From contig NC_043005.1 in assembly GCF_006345805.1 (NCBI RefSeq), forward strand, positions 48,918,001 through 48,982,000: 64,000 nucleotides of DNA, read 5' to 3'. This document shows positions 40,753-53,540 of this stretch, one piece after another; position 1 is the first letter of the stretch; every line of letters starts with the position of its first letter. The notes under the pieces were generated by a model that saw only the letters and a program-made list of their open reading frames with translations, was not told the origin of the DNA and ran no database searches. This DNA comes from Octopus sinensis. Taxonomy: Eukaryota. The translations under genes and the position numbers were made by a program.

Positions 40753-42310
40753 AATATAATATTTTACTATAAAATTGAATTCAATCCTAAATCTGATTTT
40801 TCCCTGTAAGTTTGGATTTATTCCCTAATATTTATTATTAATTATATATATATATATATATAACAGGAAGCTTTATGAAAATAGACAAAAGACGAAGGCA
40901 GGTGGAAAACAAACAAACAATTGTATTAGTATGGCGCTCAGGAAACTATATATATATATATAGTTCAAATTTACAGAAAACAAAAGACGAAGACAGACGT
41001 AGGAACTACAAGAAGGTATATTGGTTTAATGCTTGGTAAAAATGGAAAAATCTTTTATGTTTCGAGCCTACGCTCTTCGACAGAAATGATTAAGAGGAAA
41101 AAAATGGAGAGAGAATGAAAAAAGTGGAGAAAGAAAAACTGTGTAGAGTTCAAAGGTCCAACATAACGAGATGAGGAAAAATAGGTTAAAGTAAGATAAT
41201 GATAAAAACGGTAATGGTGACCCCCCTCCCCAACGAACAAAGGTGAGTAAGCGTGCGTGTATGTGAGAATGGTGTGTGTGAGTCTAACGTGTGTGTATGT
41301 GTGTGCATGTGTGTATTTTGTGTTGTGTGTAGCAGTTGATGTGTGCTTGTTCAGCTGGTGTGTGCACGTGTGTGTGTATGCACACTTAGATGGAGTACGA
41401 AAAAAAAAACAGAATAAAAATAAAGAAAAAAAATATAAAGAAATAATGTAATATCTTAACACGCCTTCTGTTTCAGGAAGCAAAGAGATACGCAATAATC
41501 ATAATTTGCAGATGATGTTTACAAAAGAGACCGATAGAATAAGTACTGGGCTTACAAAGAATAAGTCCCGGGGTCGATTTGCTTGACTATGCAAACAGTG
41601 ACAAATTTCATGAATATTTTTCTTTATTTTTATTGTGAATTTATTGTGCCCCATCTAAATGTACACATATATACATACATACATTCAGGTTTATACCTGT
41701 AATTATTGGGGCCCCGAGATATGTAACACAGTGCCTAAATACCAATCTTGAAAAAATTAGGCTTCATAAAACCAGAAAGGAGAAAGCTAATTCGAAGACT
41801 ACAGATCCAAGCCATCACTGGAACTGTTAAAAATCTGTATAACTTACCAGAAGTTTATCATTTAAACATATATGAACATGTCTAGATATGAAACTATATG
41901 CATGAGAATACATACATAAAGCAAAACATACAAATCTGCACATACATACATACATACATACATACATACATACGTACATACATACATACATACATACTTC
42001 TTTATTACCCACAAGGGGCTAAATACAGAGGGGACAAACTAGGACAGACATAGGTATTAAGTCGATTACATCGACTCCAGTGCGTAACTGGTACTTAATT
42101 TATCGACCCCGAAAGGATGAAAGGCGAAGTCGACCTCGGCGGAATTTGAACTCACAACGTAACGACAGACGAAATACGGCTACGCATTTCGCCCGGCGTA
42201 CTAACGTTTCTGCCAGCTCGCCGCCTATGGAAGGATTGTGCGAAAGTGAGGTAAAAAAAAAAAGGGAGAGAGAGAGAGAGAGAGAGAGAAATAGAAAAAA
42301 AGATAATTAC

Positions 42311-42436
42311 TTTATAGACAGCAGCAGCAGAAGCCGATACGACGGCCAGTACAACCCCCCACATATTGGAAGTGCCAAAACCATCAGCATAAGCGAATAA
42401 GACGATTCCTGTAATGGAGAATATGATAGCCAGTAT
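42311..42436 (-). CDS. SLC35F3/SLC35F4: SLC35F3/F4-like exon: ILAIIFSITGIVLFAYADGFGTSNMWGVVLAVVSASAAAVYK
   Basis: Acceptor tacag|ATA and donor AAA|gtaatt. 126 nt, phase 0/0. AYADGF and SA..A.YK family motifs. Confidence 0.93.
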
Positions 42437-43875
42437 CTGTAATGACAAAACAAAAAGAGAGATAATTAATAAACAAGGGGGAAAAAAGGAAAACATTTTG
42501 TTGTTGTTGTTGTTGTTGTTGTTTAATTAGGCACATTTTTGCATATTGGTGGGGTATGGCAAAATATAGGCTTTACTTGTTTTGGTTATCATTGAACTGC
42601 AGAGTCGAAAAGAATCGGCCTCACTACTTATTTTTTGTTCAAAGCCCGCAATCGGTCTCTTTTGCCAAACCGCTAAGTTACGAGGAGATAAACAAACCAA
42701 TACTAGTTGTCAAACGTTGGTGAAAGACTAACGCAAGCACAAAAGAACTACATGTGTGCGCGTGTATGCATGTAAACGACGGGCTTCTTTCAGTTTCCGT
42801 CTATCAAATCCGTCTATATATAGCAGCGTACGTACACTTTGGTCTCATATATGTAAGTATATATTTATCTAAATTAAGGCGGCTACCTGGCAGAGACGTT
42901 ATCACGCCGGGCGAAGTGTTTCGCTCGTCGCTACGTTCTGAGTTCAAATTCCGCCGAAGTCGACTTTGCCTTTCATCCTTTCGGGGTCGGTAAATTAAGT
43001 ACCAGATACGCACTGGGGTCGATGTAATCGACTTAATCCGTTTGTCTGTCTTTGTTTGTCTCCTCTATGTTTAGCCCCTTGTGGGTAATAAAGAAACATA
43101 TACTTATCTAAATCTTGTACGACTCTATTCTTTCATTCTTTCTTTCTTTCTTTCTATCAGCCCTTTCACGTTTACTTCGTTCATTCCACTCTTCGTTCTT
43201 TCGTTCCCCCTCTCTCACATTTCCCTGCCTTCTCTTCATGCTCACTTTCCCTCCTCTTTTCACTTCACTGCATCCCTGTCATTTTTTGTCGGCCCTCCTT
43301 CTTTCTTCTGTACCTCTGCCTCTACCTCTCTCTCTCTCTCTCTTCTCTCCCCACGTGACCGGTGTTCGGCCAAGCCTGACCTTTCTTTCTTGGTTCGGCC
43401 GCTGTCCGTGCAACATCTATATTCTTCCCTGTGCCTGTGAAATCTTGTATCCCAGCCGTAAGGCTTTACTTCCACACACGCCAGCTTAATTTAATTCGTC
43501 CTTAGCCGAAAGACACCTGTTGTTATGTCCTGTTATTTGTATTTGTGTAACCTTCTCCGTTTTTTTCCGTCCTTATTTTCGTATATATTCGCTGCTTTCT
43601 TCCAAGGAATCTAATGCTCTTACCTTAGTTTTTCCTTGGGGCTGGCCAGATTGGAGCAATCTCGAGTATAACCAGCCGAAATTGCAATGATAATCTGGAA
43701 CTCAACTAAGGAAAGAAAGCTCCAAATGACCCGTCCTTGTTTTCTTTGTACCGTCTATTTGGATGTTTTGTTGTCCCTTTCTTGTATTACTTAACAGTCT
43801 GGATGGTTTGCGTTCTTGTCCTGGATCGCTAGCTCCTACACGCATTTTTTTCTCTCCTTGTTTCTTTTCTGTGTA

Positions 43876-43913
43876 TCTTTCTGTCGAAGAGCGTAGGCTC
43901 GAAACGTAAAAGA
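43876..43913 (+). ncRNA. Minimal type I hammerhead-like motif (A6U core variant) in a TA-terminated repeat
   Basis: TCTTT-CTGTCGA-A-GAGC-GTAG-GCTC-GAAA-CGTA-AAAGA. Helix I 5 bp, helix II 4 bp, palindromic ACGT helix III, GUA triplet. An inverted, slightly mutated copy lies at about 41052-41090. Confidence 0.5.
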
Positions 43914-44007
43914 CTTGTTTTATTTCTATTCTGAGCGCCATACTAAAACAATTGTTTTTTGTACTCCACCTGCCTTCGTCTTTTGTTTATTTTCGTAAAC
44001 CTTCCCG

Positions 44008-44069
<62 letters not shown>

Positions 44070-44071
<2 letters not shown>

Positions 44072-44221
44072 GTACAAGACATCACCAACGGTGCAAATAA
44101 CATGAAATACGTAAACAACGAGAAAAAATACAAAACATGTGTTAACTTGTCCTGTTTTCTATTTTTTTTTCATTGTTTACGTATTTCATGTTATTTGCAC
44201 CTATGGTGACGTCCTGTTCCC
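44070..44221. repeat. Short foldback (~58-bp arms) flanked by (TA)n on both sides
   Basis: ggtacaagacatcaccaacggtgcaaataacatgaaatacgtaaacaa versus ttgtttacgtatttcatgttatttgcacctatggtgacgtcctgttccc. Confidence 0.8.
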
Positions 44222-44228
44222 ATATATG

Positions 44229-44265
<37 letters not shown>

Positions 44266-44491
44266 TATCATTATCATTATTATTATTATCATTATTATTA
44301 TTATTTAATCGAACGCGACACATCCATTTCCAAGTAAGTATATATATAGTTCAATTAAAGGTTAAATGCCTTATTAAGGGATAATCAAATCCAATGAATA
44401 TAGTGGTTCGTTACCTATTACAATAAGTATTAAGTATTATATAATATTCAACAGTAAGGTCATTAGATAAAGAGGGGTTTATATGTATTTA

Positions 44492-44807
44492 AGAAAATAA
44501 GAAAATAGAGATAATTAATAATTATTTATTAATTACAAAATTGAATATCATCTCTGTCAGCTGTTTCGATTCAAAACCTTTAGAAATTAATTAGTATAAT
44601 TAAAAACCTTATAAAGATGAATCTCATCGGAGGTGGAAAAAGATATACCATTACATTTTCATATTATTTTGTGTTGAGTATACGGAGCAAATCCGCTAAC
44701 TCAACTAATTAATTTCTAAAGGTTTTAAATCGTAACAGCTGTCAGAGATGATGTCCAATTTTCTAATTAAAAAATAATTATCAATTATCTCTATTTTCTT
44801 ATTCTCT
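44492..44807. repeat. Foldback element (~103-bp arms, 110-nt spacer) within TA-flanked sequence, with a degenerate minus-strand hammerhead
   Basis: 44492-44594 is the reverse complement of 44705-44807. Minus strand: CCGATGA (44630-24), GATTCA/TGAATC helix II, GAAACAGCTG(A)C. Confidence 0.75.
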
Positions 44808-44995
44808 AATATATATATATATATATATTATTTTTTGCCCTTGTCTGACGGGATGGACATGGTTCACATCTAATATTGTGTACTATTATACAATCATATT
44901 CATAATGTGCCTGAATCATGTATTGTTGAAACGATCCCAATAAAGGAATACATGTAATAATATCCCTATTTTGGACTTACCATATACACACACAG

Positions 44996-45055
<60 letters not shown>

Positions 45056-45193
45056 GCGCGCGTATGTTTACTTCAATAAGATTCGGGTAAAAATGCTGTA
45101 CAAAGCTCGTCCATGGATGATTACACGATATCTCAGCAATGAAATCATATATATATATAAATATATATATGTGTGTGTGTGTGTGTGTGTATG

Positions 45194-45250
<57 letters not shown>

Positions 45251-47134
45251 GCACCTAAATTAGATTAATTATATTGCCGTTATAAAGAGTAGTAATCTGG
45301 TGTTTTTGTCTGGACTCTATGTCACAAAAATATTCTATTTACGTGATTAGCTTTCTCTTCTTAGAGGTGACATATTTTATTCCACTTTGCGGCTCATTGT
45401 GCTTTATGTTTACCGTTCCTCACTTTGACTTACCTATACCGGTTTCCTAGGGTTCTATTGTTTCGTCTGTTTATATAAGAGCTAATATTTAGAATATATT
45501 AGGCGGCAATTAGTGTCCCGAGAACGATTACTCATAATGCTTATGAATTGATAAATTGATTCAGAATAAAGTGAGAATTACATTATTCATAAAGCTTTAG
45601 CGAAATCATATATTCTATGGTGTGTTATGTCAATATCAATGTATATGCGTGCGTATGTGTGTGCGTGTGTGTGTGTGTGTGTGTGTATGTGTGTGTGTGT
45701 GTGTGCGTGTGCGCGTACATATATATGCAGTGGAAAGGAAGCAACTCTATTGTAAAAACTCTGTCAATGCATTATGCTTAGTTGAAACGCCTTTTTAGTT
45801 GAAACGCCAAAAACTGCGATTTTATCCAAAAAATAACATTTCTTTATACACGTATTGTGTTAAAAAAAAACAGAATGTATTTCAAAGCTAAACTGTCATT
45901 CCATCGGTTACAACGATGACTGTTCCAGTTGATCCGATCAACAGAACAGCCGCCAGCTCGTGAAAGTAACCTTGAGCACGCCACAGATACGCGTTCCCTT
46001 AACGTAGTTCTCAGGGAGATTCAGCGAGATACAGAACTTGACATGCCTGGCCCTTTGAAATAACAGTTCTGTTCATTTTTACCAGCTGAGGGGACTGGAG
46101 CAACGTGACATAAAGAATCTTCCTCAAGAAAACAATTTGCCATCAGGTGAAATAAAGGGTTTTGCTCAAACACAGCGCTGATCGTGAACTGAACATCCCC
46201 TAACCACTATGGAAGCACTCCGTCGGTTACGACGACGAGGGTTCCGGTTGATCCGAATCAACGGAACAGCCTGCTCGTAAAATTAACGTGTAAGTGGCTG
46301 AGCACTCCACAGACACGTGTACCCTTAACGTAGTTCTCGGGGATATTCAGCGTGACACAGAGTGTGACAAGACCGGCCCTTTGAAATACAGGTACAATAG
46401 AAACAGGAAGTAAGAGTGAGAGAAAGTTGTGGTGAAAGAGTACAGCAGGGATCACAACCATCCCCTGCCGGAGCCGCGTGGAGCTTTAGGTGTTTTCGCC
46501 CAATAAACACTCACAAAGCCCGGTCTGGGAATCGAAACCGCGATCCTATGACCGCGAGTCCGCTTCCCTAACCACTGGGCCATTGCGCCTCCACCCTCTA
46601 ACCACTAAACCATGCGCCGTTACACACTTTACGACGAGATCAAGCTCTGCAAATCTACTGGCGTACAGATGTCTCTACTGGTCTCTACTGAAAGTTCTCT
46701 GGTGGCGGGAAACTGGCAACATGTTGGAAGCGCACGGTTGCAAGACAGCTGGACTGAATAGAGGTTTGAGAGGTCATGGACGGAAAGTCAGATATGCCAC
46801 TGACAACTAGGAAGCTCAAGGAGACGGCATTCATCTGTGAAGATGGAGCAATCTTCATGTAGGTATATATGAATGTATGCATGTGTGTATGTATGTATGC
46901 ATTGATATATGTATCTATCTGTCTGTCTGTACGTATCACAGGTGACCGCTGGTTCTTAAATCAGCGCATGCCATATAATTGAAGTAGGATACATATAACG
47001 TGTCTTTCCAGCTGACTTTCCACCTGACTCTCATAAAAACGAGGAATTTATATTAAAATCGTACTTGATATTTGCGTTCATGTATATATAAAAGGTACAC
47101 GTTACATGCTTTGAATCCATGCGGGAAACACCAC

Positions 47135-47855
47135 TGGGATGGACGGACGGACGGACGGACGGAAGGAAGGAAGGAAGGAAGGAAGGAAGGAAGGAAGGAA
47201 GGAAGGAAGGAAGGAAGGAAGGAAGGAAGGAAGGAAGGAAGGAAGGAAGGGAGGGAGGAAGGGAGGAAGGAAGGAAGGAAGGAAGGAAGGAAGGAAGGAA
47301 GGAAGGAAGGAAGGAAGGATGGATGGATGGATGGATGGATGGGCAGCTGGACGGACAGTAAAAGCAGGCAGGCGGACAGACAATCAGACGGGCAGACGGA
47401 CTGACAGACGGGTGGTTGGCTGGCTAACTGGCTGGTTGGTTGGATGGATAGATTGATTGAGTGGCACATAGATGAATGGTGGATGAATGGTTGGATAGAT
47501 TGATCAGTGGGTGGGTGGGTGGATTGGATGGATGGATGGAATGATGGATGGATGGATGGATGGATGGATGGATGGATGGACGGACGGACGGAGGGACAGA
47601 TGGACAGACAGTAAAAGCAGGCAGGCAGGCAGGCAGACAGACAGACAATCAGACGGGCGGACGGACGGACAGACGGGTGGTTGGCTGGCTAACTGGCTGG
47701 TTGGATGGATAGATTGATTGAGTGGCAGATAGATGAATGGTTGGATAGATTGATCAGTGGATGGATGGATGGATGGATGAATGGTTGGATAGATTGATCA
47801 GTGGATGGATGGATAGATGGATGGATGGATGGGTGGATGGATGGATGGATGGATA
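47135..47855. repeat. Compound tetranucleotide array (GGAC/GGAA/GGAT/GGCA/GACA) with an internal ~170-bp duplication
   Basis: (GGAA)n at 47160-47318; block cagtaaaagcaggcagg...gattgattgagtggca repeated at about 47356 and 47609. Ends about 10 nt from the exon donor at 47868. Confidence 0.9.
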
Positions 47856-47868
47856 TATAAATTCTTAC

Positions 47869-48085
47869 TCTTATAGCGATGAATTTTTCGAATAATATAA
47901 TCCATGACAACATGTAGACAAAACTCTGATTGGTTGAGTAGAGCGCTATGACGTCCACAGAATCGAGAAGCTGAAGCGCCCGAATGTAGCTGTAGTTACT
48001 GATTGCCCAAATAAAACAAAAGGCACATGTCCTCACTGAAAAACGTACCAGCTTCGTTTCTTCCTTGTAAATCTTGAAGTTTTCA
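47869..48085 (-). CDS. SLC35F3/SLC35F4: SLC35F3/F4-like exon: (S)ENFKIYKEE...[48 protein letters not shown]
   Basis: Acceptor gtttcag|T and donor AGA|gtaag. 217 nt, phases compatible with both neighbours. Family motif NY.Y.RAL..L...DV.AL...N..FVY.LSWI.L.EKF. Confidence 0.93.
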
Positions 48086-50949
48086 CTGAAACACAGAAAA
48101 TTTGGAGAAAGATAATGACAAACACAATTGCAAGAAAGTAAATAGGATATTTCTTTAAATAGAGTCGAAATGGAAGGATATCCGGGAGGAGGAGGAGGAA
48201 AAAAGACTAAGGAAGAGGAGGAGAAAGAGGAGGAGGAGGAGGAGGAGGTGGACGAAGAAGAAGAAGAAGCCAGTCTACCATCTCCTCAATAGAAAGCTCT
48301 CAATCTTTCCTCAACACTCTTTCTTTCTCTCTCTCTCTCTCCTTCCCTTCCCCCATTATTTTTCTGTCGTACCTTCTCTCTCACTCTCCCTTGGCCTCTC
48401 TCTCACTCTCCCTTGGCCTCTCTCTCACTCTCCCTTGTCCTTTCTCTCACTCTCCTTTGCCTTCTCTCGCTCTTTTGCTCTCTCTCTCTCCCTCCCTCTC
48501 TCTCTCTCTCTCCTTGTGATTCTATCTATCTATTTATCTGAAGAGGAATCTTTTGTTTGTTTTCTTTCCGCCAGAATCTTAAATGTATTTCAATTTTTTA
48601 AAAAATGCATTAAAAATGTAAGACTTTTTAATGATTTTGTTTACACACAAAAAAGTAAATAAATAAAAATCCTCCAGACAAAGTTTCACAATGAGATGAC
48701 CTTAAGTAAGGTTCGGCTTGACGAACTGCAAGATGGCGGTTGCTGAATAAACTTTCGCAAAGGAGGGAATTAAAGGGAGATAACTTTCTGGAGAGCAAGG
48801 ACAAGACAAATCACTTGATAAGTGATTTGTGAGAAGTCTGGGAAAAGGGAAGGCACAATATGAAGCAGACAGAGACAACTGTTTAGCCTCGGTCGACCAT
48901 GATAGAGCAGAACTATGATCAACAACAGCATTGTATTTCCTCATTGCACTATACTCAGGGCGATATATAATTAGTCCTTCTTTGCTAAGAGACTAAGGTG
49001 TTATTTTAAGGGAACTTAGGTTGCTATCCCTAGTAGGTAAAGTAAGAAGATTTCTTTGATGGTTTGTAGATTATGATGATGTTTCCACTATTTCTAACAT
49101 TTAATTTTTTTCAAAAGATATTTTAGGAAAAACAATTGCCTTTACAAAAATGTTGTGTTGTTGTTGTTGTTGTTGTTGTTCCTTAGCCCAAAATTCTCAG
49201 GAAGAGCCTGTTATTTATTTTCTCGCTCGTCCCCCCCCCACACACACTCTTTTCAGAATACGTTTAAAGGATATTCTGTTGTGTCTGGGGAGAGTCATTT
49301 TCTTTTTGTGCCTTATAATTTGTGTCAAAAAGAAAATGACTCTCCCCAGACACAACAGAATATGCTTCAACACACGAACTCACATAAAGAATCTTGCAAA
49401 CCAAATCCAAAAACGAAATACAAGTTTAAAGGATATTTGTCTTCTAATTTTAGCATGTCAAATAAAAAGCCCTTGTTGGCTGATGTTGTTGATATTATTG
49501 CTGTTGTTTCTGTTTCTGTTGTTGTTAATGATGATGATGATGAATACGATGATGATAATAACGACGGAGACGACAAAGATGCTGTTGATGTGATTTTGGC
49601 GGTGGTAGTGGTGGTGATGCTTCCGCTGCTGCTGCCGCTGATGATGATGATGGTGATGTTATTGATATGGTATTGCTGATATCTTGTTGTTGCTATTATT
49701 GTTGTTGTTATGGTCGTTCTCATTGTAGTTGTTAACCAACAGTTTTTTTTTGGTTGGTTTGTATGTATTCGTCTGAAGTGGTTTCCCCCCTTTTTTCCCC
49801 TCTCCAATATGTAATCTATGTGTGATGTTATTGACTGAGCTAACTTGTAATTCCGGTTGCATCTATGTTGAACAGACAAGTTTCTAAAATAATAAAAAAA
49901 GAATTGCACTTATTTTTTTTCATTAAAATTACAATTCCAACATGTTTTCATACATATTTTTGTTTTTTCTTTGTTTATTGCCATATTTTTTTTACCATTT
50001 ATTTTTAGAACAATTTTTTTTTTTTACTTATTCAACAGGAAGTCTTCCAGACTAATTTCGTATCATTAATAATAAGGAAATATCTATATTGTAATTCTTT
50101 TATTTTAATGTTGTTACTGCTACTGCAAGATGGGTAAGGGTGATTAGGTGATGGTCTAGGGCTTAGAGGCGGGAGACCCCAGACCTTGGAAAAAAAAAAC
50201 TTTGGTCGTCTTGTTGTAGTCGAGGGTTCTTCGTTGACGCCCGACACCACTGGGCGGTGGCCCTCGAAGTCGCTGGAAATGGAGATCTCCCGGTCCAAAT
50301 TCTTGAACGGCCGCTGCTGCTGCTTGTCCACAAATCGGCGCTAATTTGAAAAGACTTGTGATCAAAAGCGTTCTATCTACAGCTCATTTCATCTCTTTCC
50401 CGGCAGCAATACCTCTGGATACTGCTAGAATCACATATTCCAATGGCAGGGTGTAATTTGAGGGAGGTTTCATTCCTATTTCTAGCAACACGGATGACCG
50501 TGTAGATCAGGCATGACCAATATTTTTCGAGCAGCGGGTCGCATGAGACATGGCTTCATCACCAGGCGGACTGCATTAGCAATAATATTCAAAGATAATT
50601 TTTCGTTGGTGGGGTGCCATTCGGAGTGTCTGGCAGGCTGCAGGTTGCCCATCAATGACGTACAGGCTCCCTTGTTGATTCGTTCTGACTGATTGGATGC
50701 TAAATCATCTACTACAATATTTATAAATTTTCCGTTGCCTTTCTTCGCTACGTGTAAATGTCGCCAGTTGCTATTACTGTTGTTGTTACTGTTGTAACTT
50801 ATCTCAAGCCAGCTCTGATCACTTGTGCCTTTGATTATTGCCATTGTATCCCGTCTTTTTTCTCAACCTGTTATACTTAGGACTACATTACCAATTGTCT
50901 TCTCTATTGTGTGTGTGCGTATGTATGTATGTACGTACGTACGTATGTA

Positions 50950-51005
<56 letters not shown>

Positions 51006-51110
51006 GTGATTTGAAGGAGATATGGCAGTTATTTGTAGCTGTTCCAGTGGCCTCCTAGAGATTTTTTCATATAATAATAATAATAATAATAAAAATAATC
51101 ATTATTATTA

Positions 51111-51148
<38 letters not shown>

Positions 51149-51847
51149 GAGTGAGTGAGAGAGCAGCGCATGACATCAAAGTGACACTAGGGTACAAATA
51201 TACAAAACCCAGTATACTCATTATAACTACTCGTTTGATAAAGGGATGCTAGGCACATGCATCACAACCATATGTACGCGATATGGTGATTTTGTATCAA
51301 GATAAATAGCGCATGACCTTGGAAGTGGAGCCCAGTAGAATTTTCTTCAGGTCGAGTACCTCATCCCGCTCAAAAGGCCCCTGATTAAGAGTTGTTTAAC
51401 GATGATGAACAAAACACCCATGTTTCCAGAGACGAATTATTCAAACCTCAAAGAATTCCTCTCAACACATGACTATGGTACTCCCCCGCTACTCCTGTAC
51501 GGGATCAGAGGTACACATATCGTCAGCCACTAAAGAAAATGCTCAACTGCTTAAGGTCAAGCAAATGACAAGCAAATCTGTGGTATTGAGCAGAGTATTT
51601 GCTATAGCCCATCCTTTATTCCAAGACAAAACAATGTACTGCGCTTACATAATTTTAAGAATGTGTTATTACATTTAATTCCGGATCTAAATGAATGAAT
51701 GTGACCTGTAAATCTAACCTTAAATATGTTTCTAGTCAAGCAAATTTACAAGTTTTCACTGTCTAGTCTCTTAATTCATTAGTTCTAGACACAGGACCGA
51801 TGATTAAGGTAGAAGAGTAATTTATTGTTTCAAATCACATGTATAAC

Positions 51848-51884
<37 letters not shown>

Positions 51885-51925
51885 TTTTCTACCGCATTGT
51901 TTCAAATCATATGTATAATACTATA

Positions 51926-52015
<90 letters not shown>

Positions 52016-52064
52016 AAGAAGAAGAAGAAGAAATAACAACCTTTTCTACTAAAGGCACAAGTCC

Positions 52065-52137
52065 GCCCGCATAGCTCAGTCGGTAGAGCATCAGACTTTT
52101 AATCTGAGAGTCACGGGTTCGACCCCTTCTGCAGGCG
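52065..52137 (+). tRNA. tRNA-Lys(UUU)-like gene, probably a pseudogene
   Basis: GCCCGCATAGCTCAGTCGGTAGAGCATCAGACTTTTAATCTGAGAGTCACGGGTTCGACCCCTTCTGCAGGCG. The D arm and anticodon arm (TCAGA/CTTTTAA/TCTGA) are perfect. The acceptor stem has a C4:A69 mismatch and the T stem has two mismatches. A TTTT run follows about 10 nt downstream. Confidence 0.8.
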
Positions 52138-52243
52138 TACGTTTATTTTAATGGTCGTTTACTGCCGCTTTAAAGGTGAAACGAAATAAAGAGTATATAA
52201 GTAAATAATTCTTGAATCATAATTTATTATATATATATTTCAT

Positions 52244-52645
52244 AGGCGTAGGAGTGGCTGTGCTTACCAACCACATAGTTCCGGGTTCAGTCCCACTGCG
52301 TGGCACCTTGGGCAAGTGTCTTCTACTATAGCCTCGGGCCGACCAAAGCCTTGTGAGTGGATTTGGTAGACGGAAACTGAAAGAAGCCTGTCGTATATAT
52401 GTATATGTGTGTGTGTGTGTGTGTGTGTCTGTGTGTATGTGTGTGTGTATGTGTGTGTATGTGTGTGTTTGTGTGTCTGTGTTTGTCCCCCCAATATCGC
52501 TTGACAACCAATGCAGGTGTGTTTACGTCTCCGTAACTTAGCGGTTCGGCAAAAGAGACCGATAGAATAAGTACTAAGCTTACAAAGAATAAGTCCTGGG
52601 ATCGATTTGCTCGACTAAATGCAGTGCTCCAGCATAGCCACAGTC
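52244..52645 (+). mobile_element. tRNA-derived SINE, family C (ggcgtaggagtggctg...ggcaccttgggcaagtgtc...ggaaactgaaagaagc) with internal (GT)n
   Basis: Related copies at about 38590-39075(-), 42560-42800(-), 26810-26990(+) and 41505-41590(+). Confidence 0.75.
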
Positions 52646-52909
52646 ATATGACTGAAAGAATAAAAGAGTAAAAGAGAGTACTAAAAGTACAACGACTGAA
52701 ATTTGGGGTGCGGGGACTAAGTCGATTACATTGACCCCAGTGTTTCACTGGTACTTAATTTATCGACCCTGAAAGGATGAAAGGTGAGGTTGACTTTGCC
52801 TTTCATCCTTTCGGGGTCGGTAAATTAAGTACCAGTGAAACACTAGGGTCGATGTAATCGACTAGTCCCCGCCCTCAAAATTTCAGGCCTTGTACCTTTA
52901 ATAGAAAAG

Positions 52910-52956
<47 letters not shown>

Positions 52957-53540
52957 CATCATTATCATACATATGATTTGAAGCAATAAATTATTCTTCT
53001 ACATTAAATATCGTTTCTGTGCCTAGAACGAATGAATGTAGAATTGGTAGACTAGACAGTGAAAACTGTAAATTTGCTTGACTGGAAACACATTTAAGGT
53101 TAGATATACTGGACACATTCATTCGTTTAGATTCAGAATTAAATGTAATAACACATTCTTAAAATTATGTAATCGCACACTTTACTACAATCTAATATGT
53201 ACGTGTGTCTGTGTAGCGTATGTTTGTATGTCGTTGTTTTTGCTATTGTTTAGCCCTAAATCACCCTCATTGAGCTGATAAATGACCAAGAGCAATCCTA
53301 TCGTAACCATCCAATTTTTTTTTTGTTTTAATGTCCTCCAAATTATTCAACTTCTTTCCTTTTTTAAGCTGCAGTATGACGGGAAGGAAATCTGGTCGCT
53401 ATTGTGTAAAAGGTAAAGTGACCATACATAGACACCCCCGTTAGTTCGTGTGTGTGTCTGTGTGCGTGTGCGTGTTTTGCGTGACATGGTACTATTTTCT
53501 GTCAGATTGACTAATGAATTATGTCTCTTTAACTACTTAC

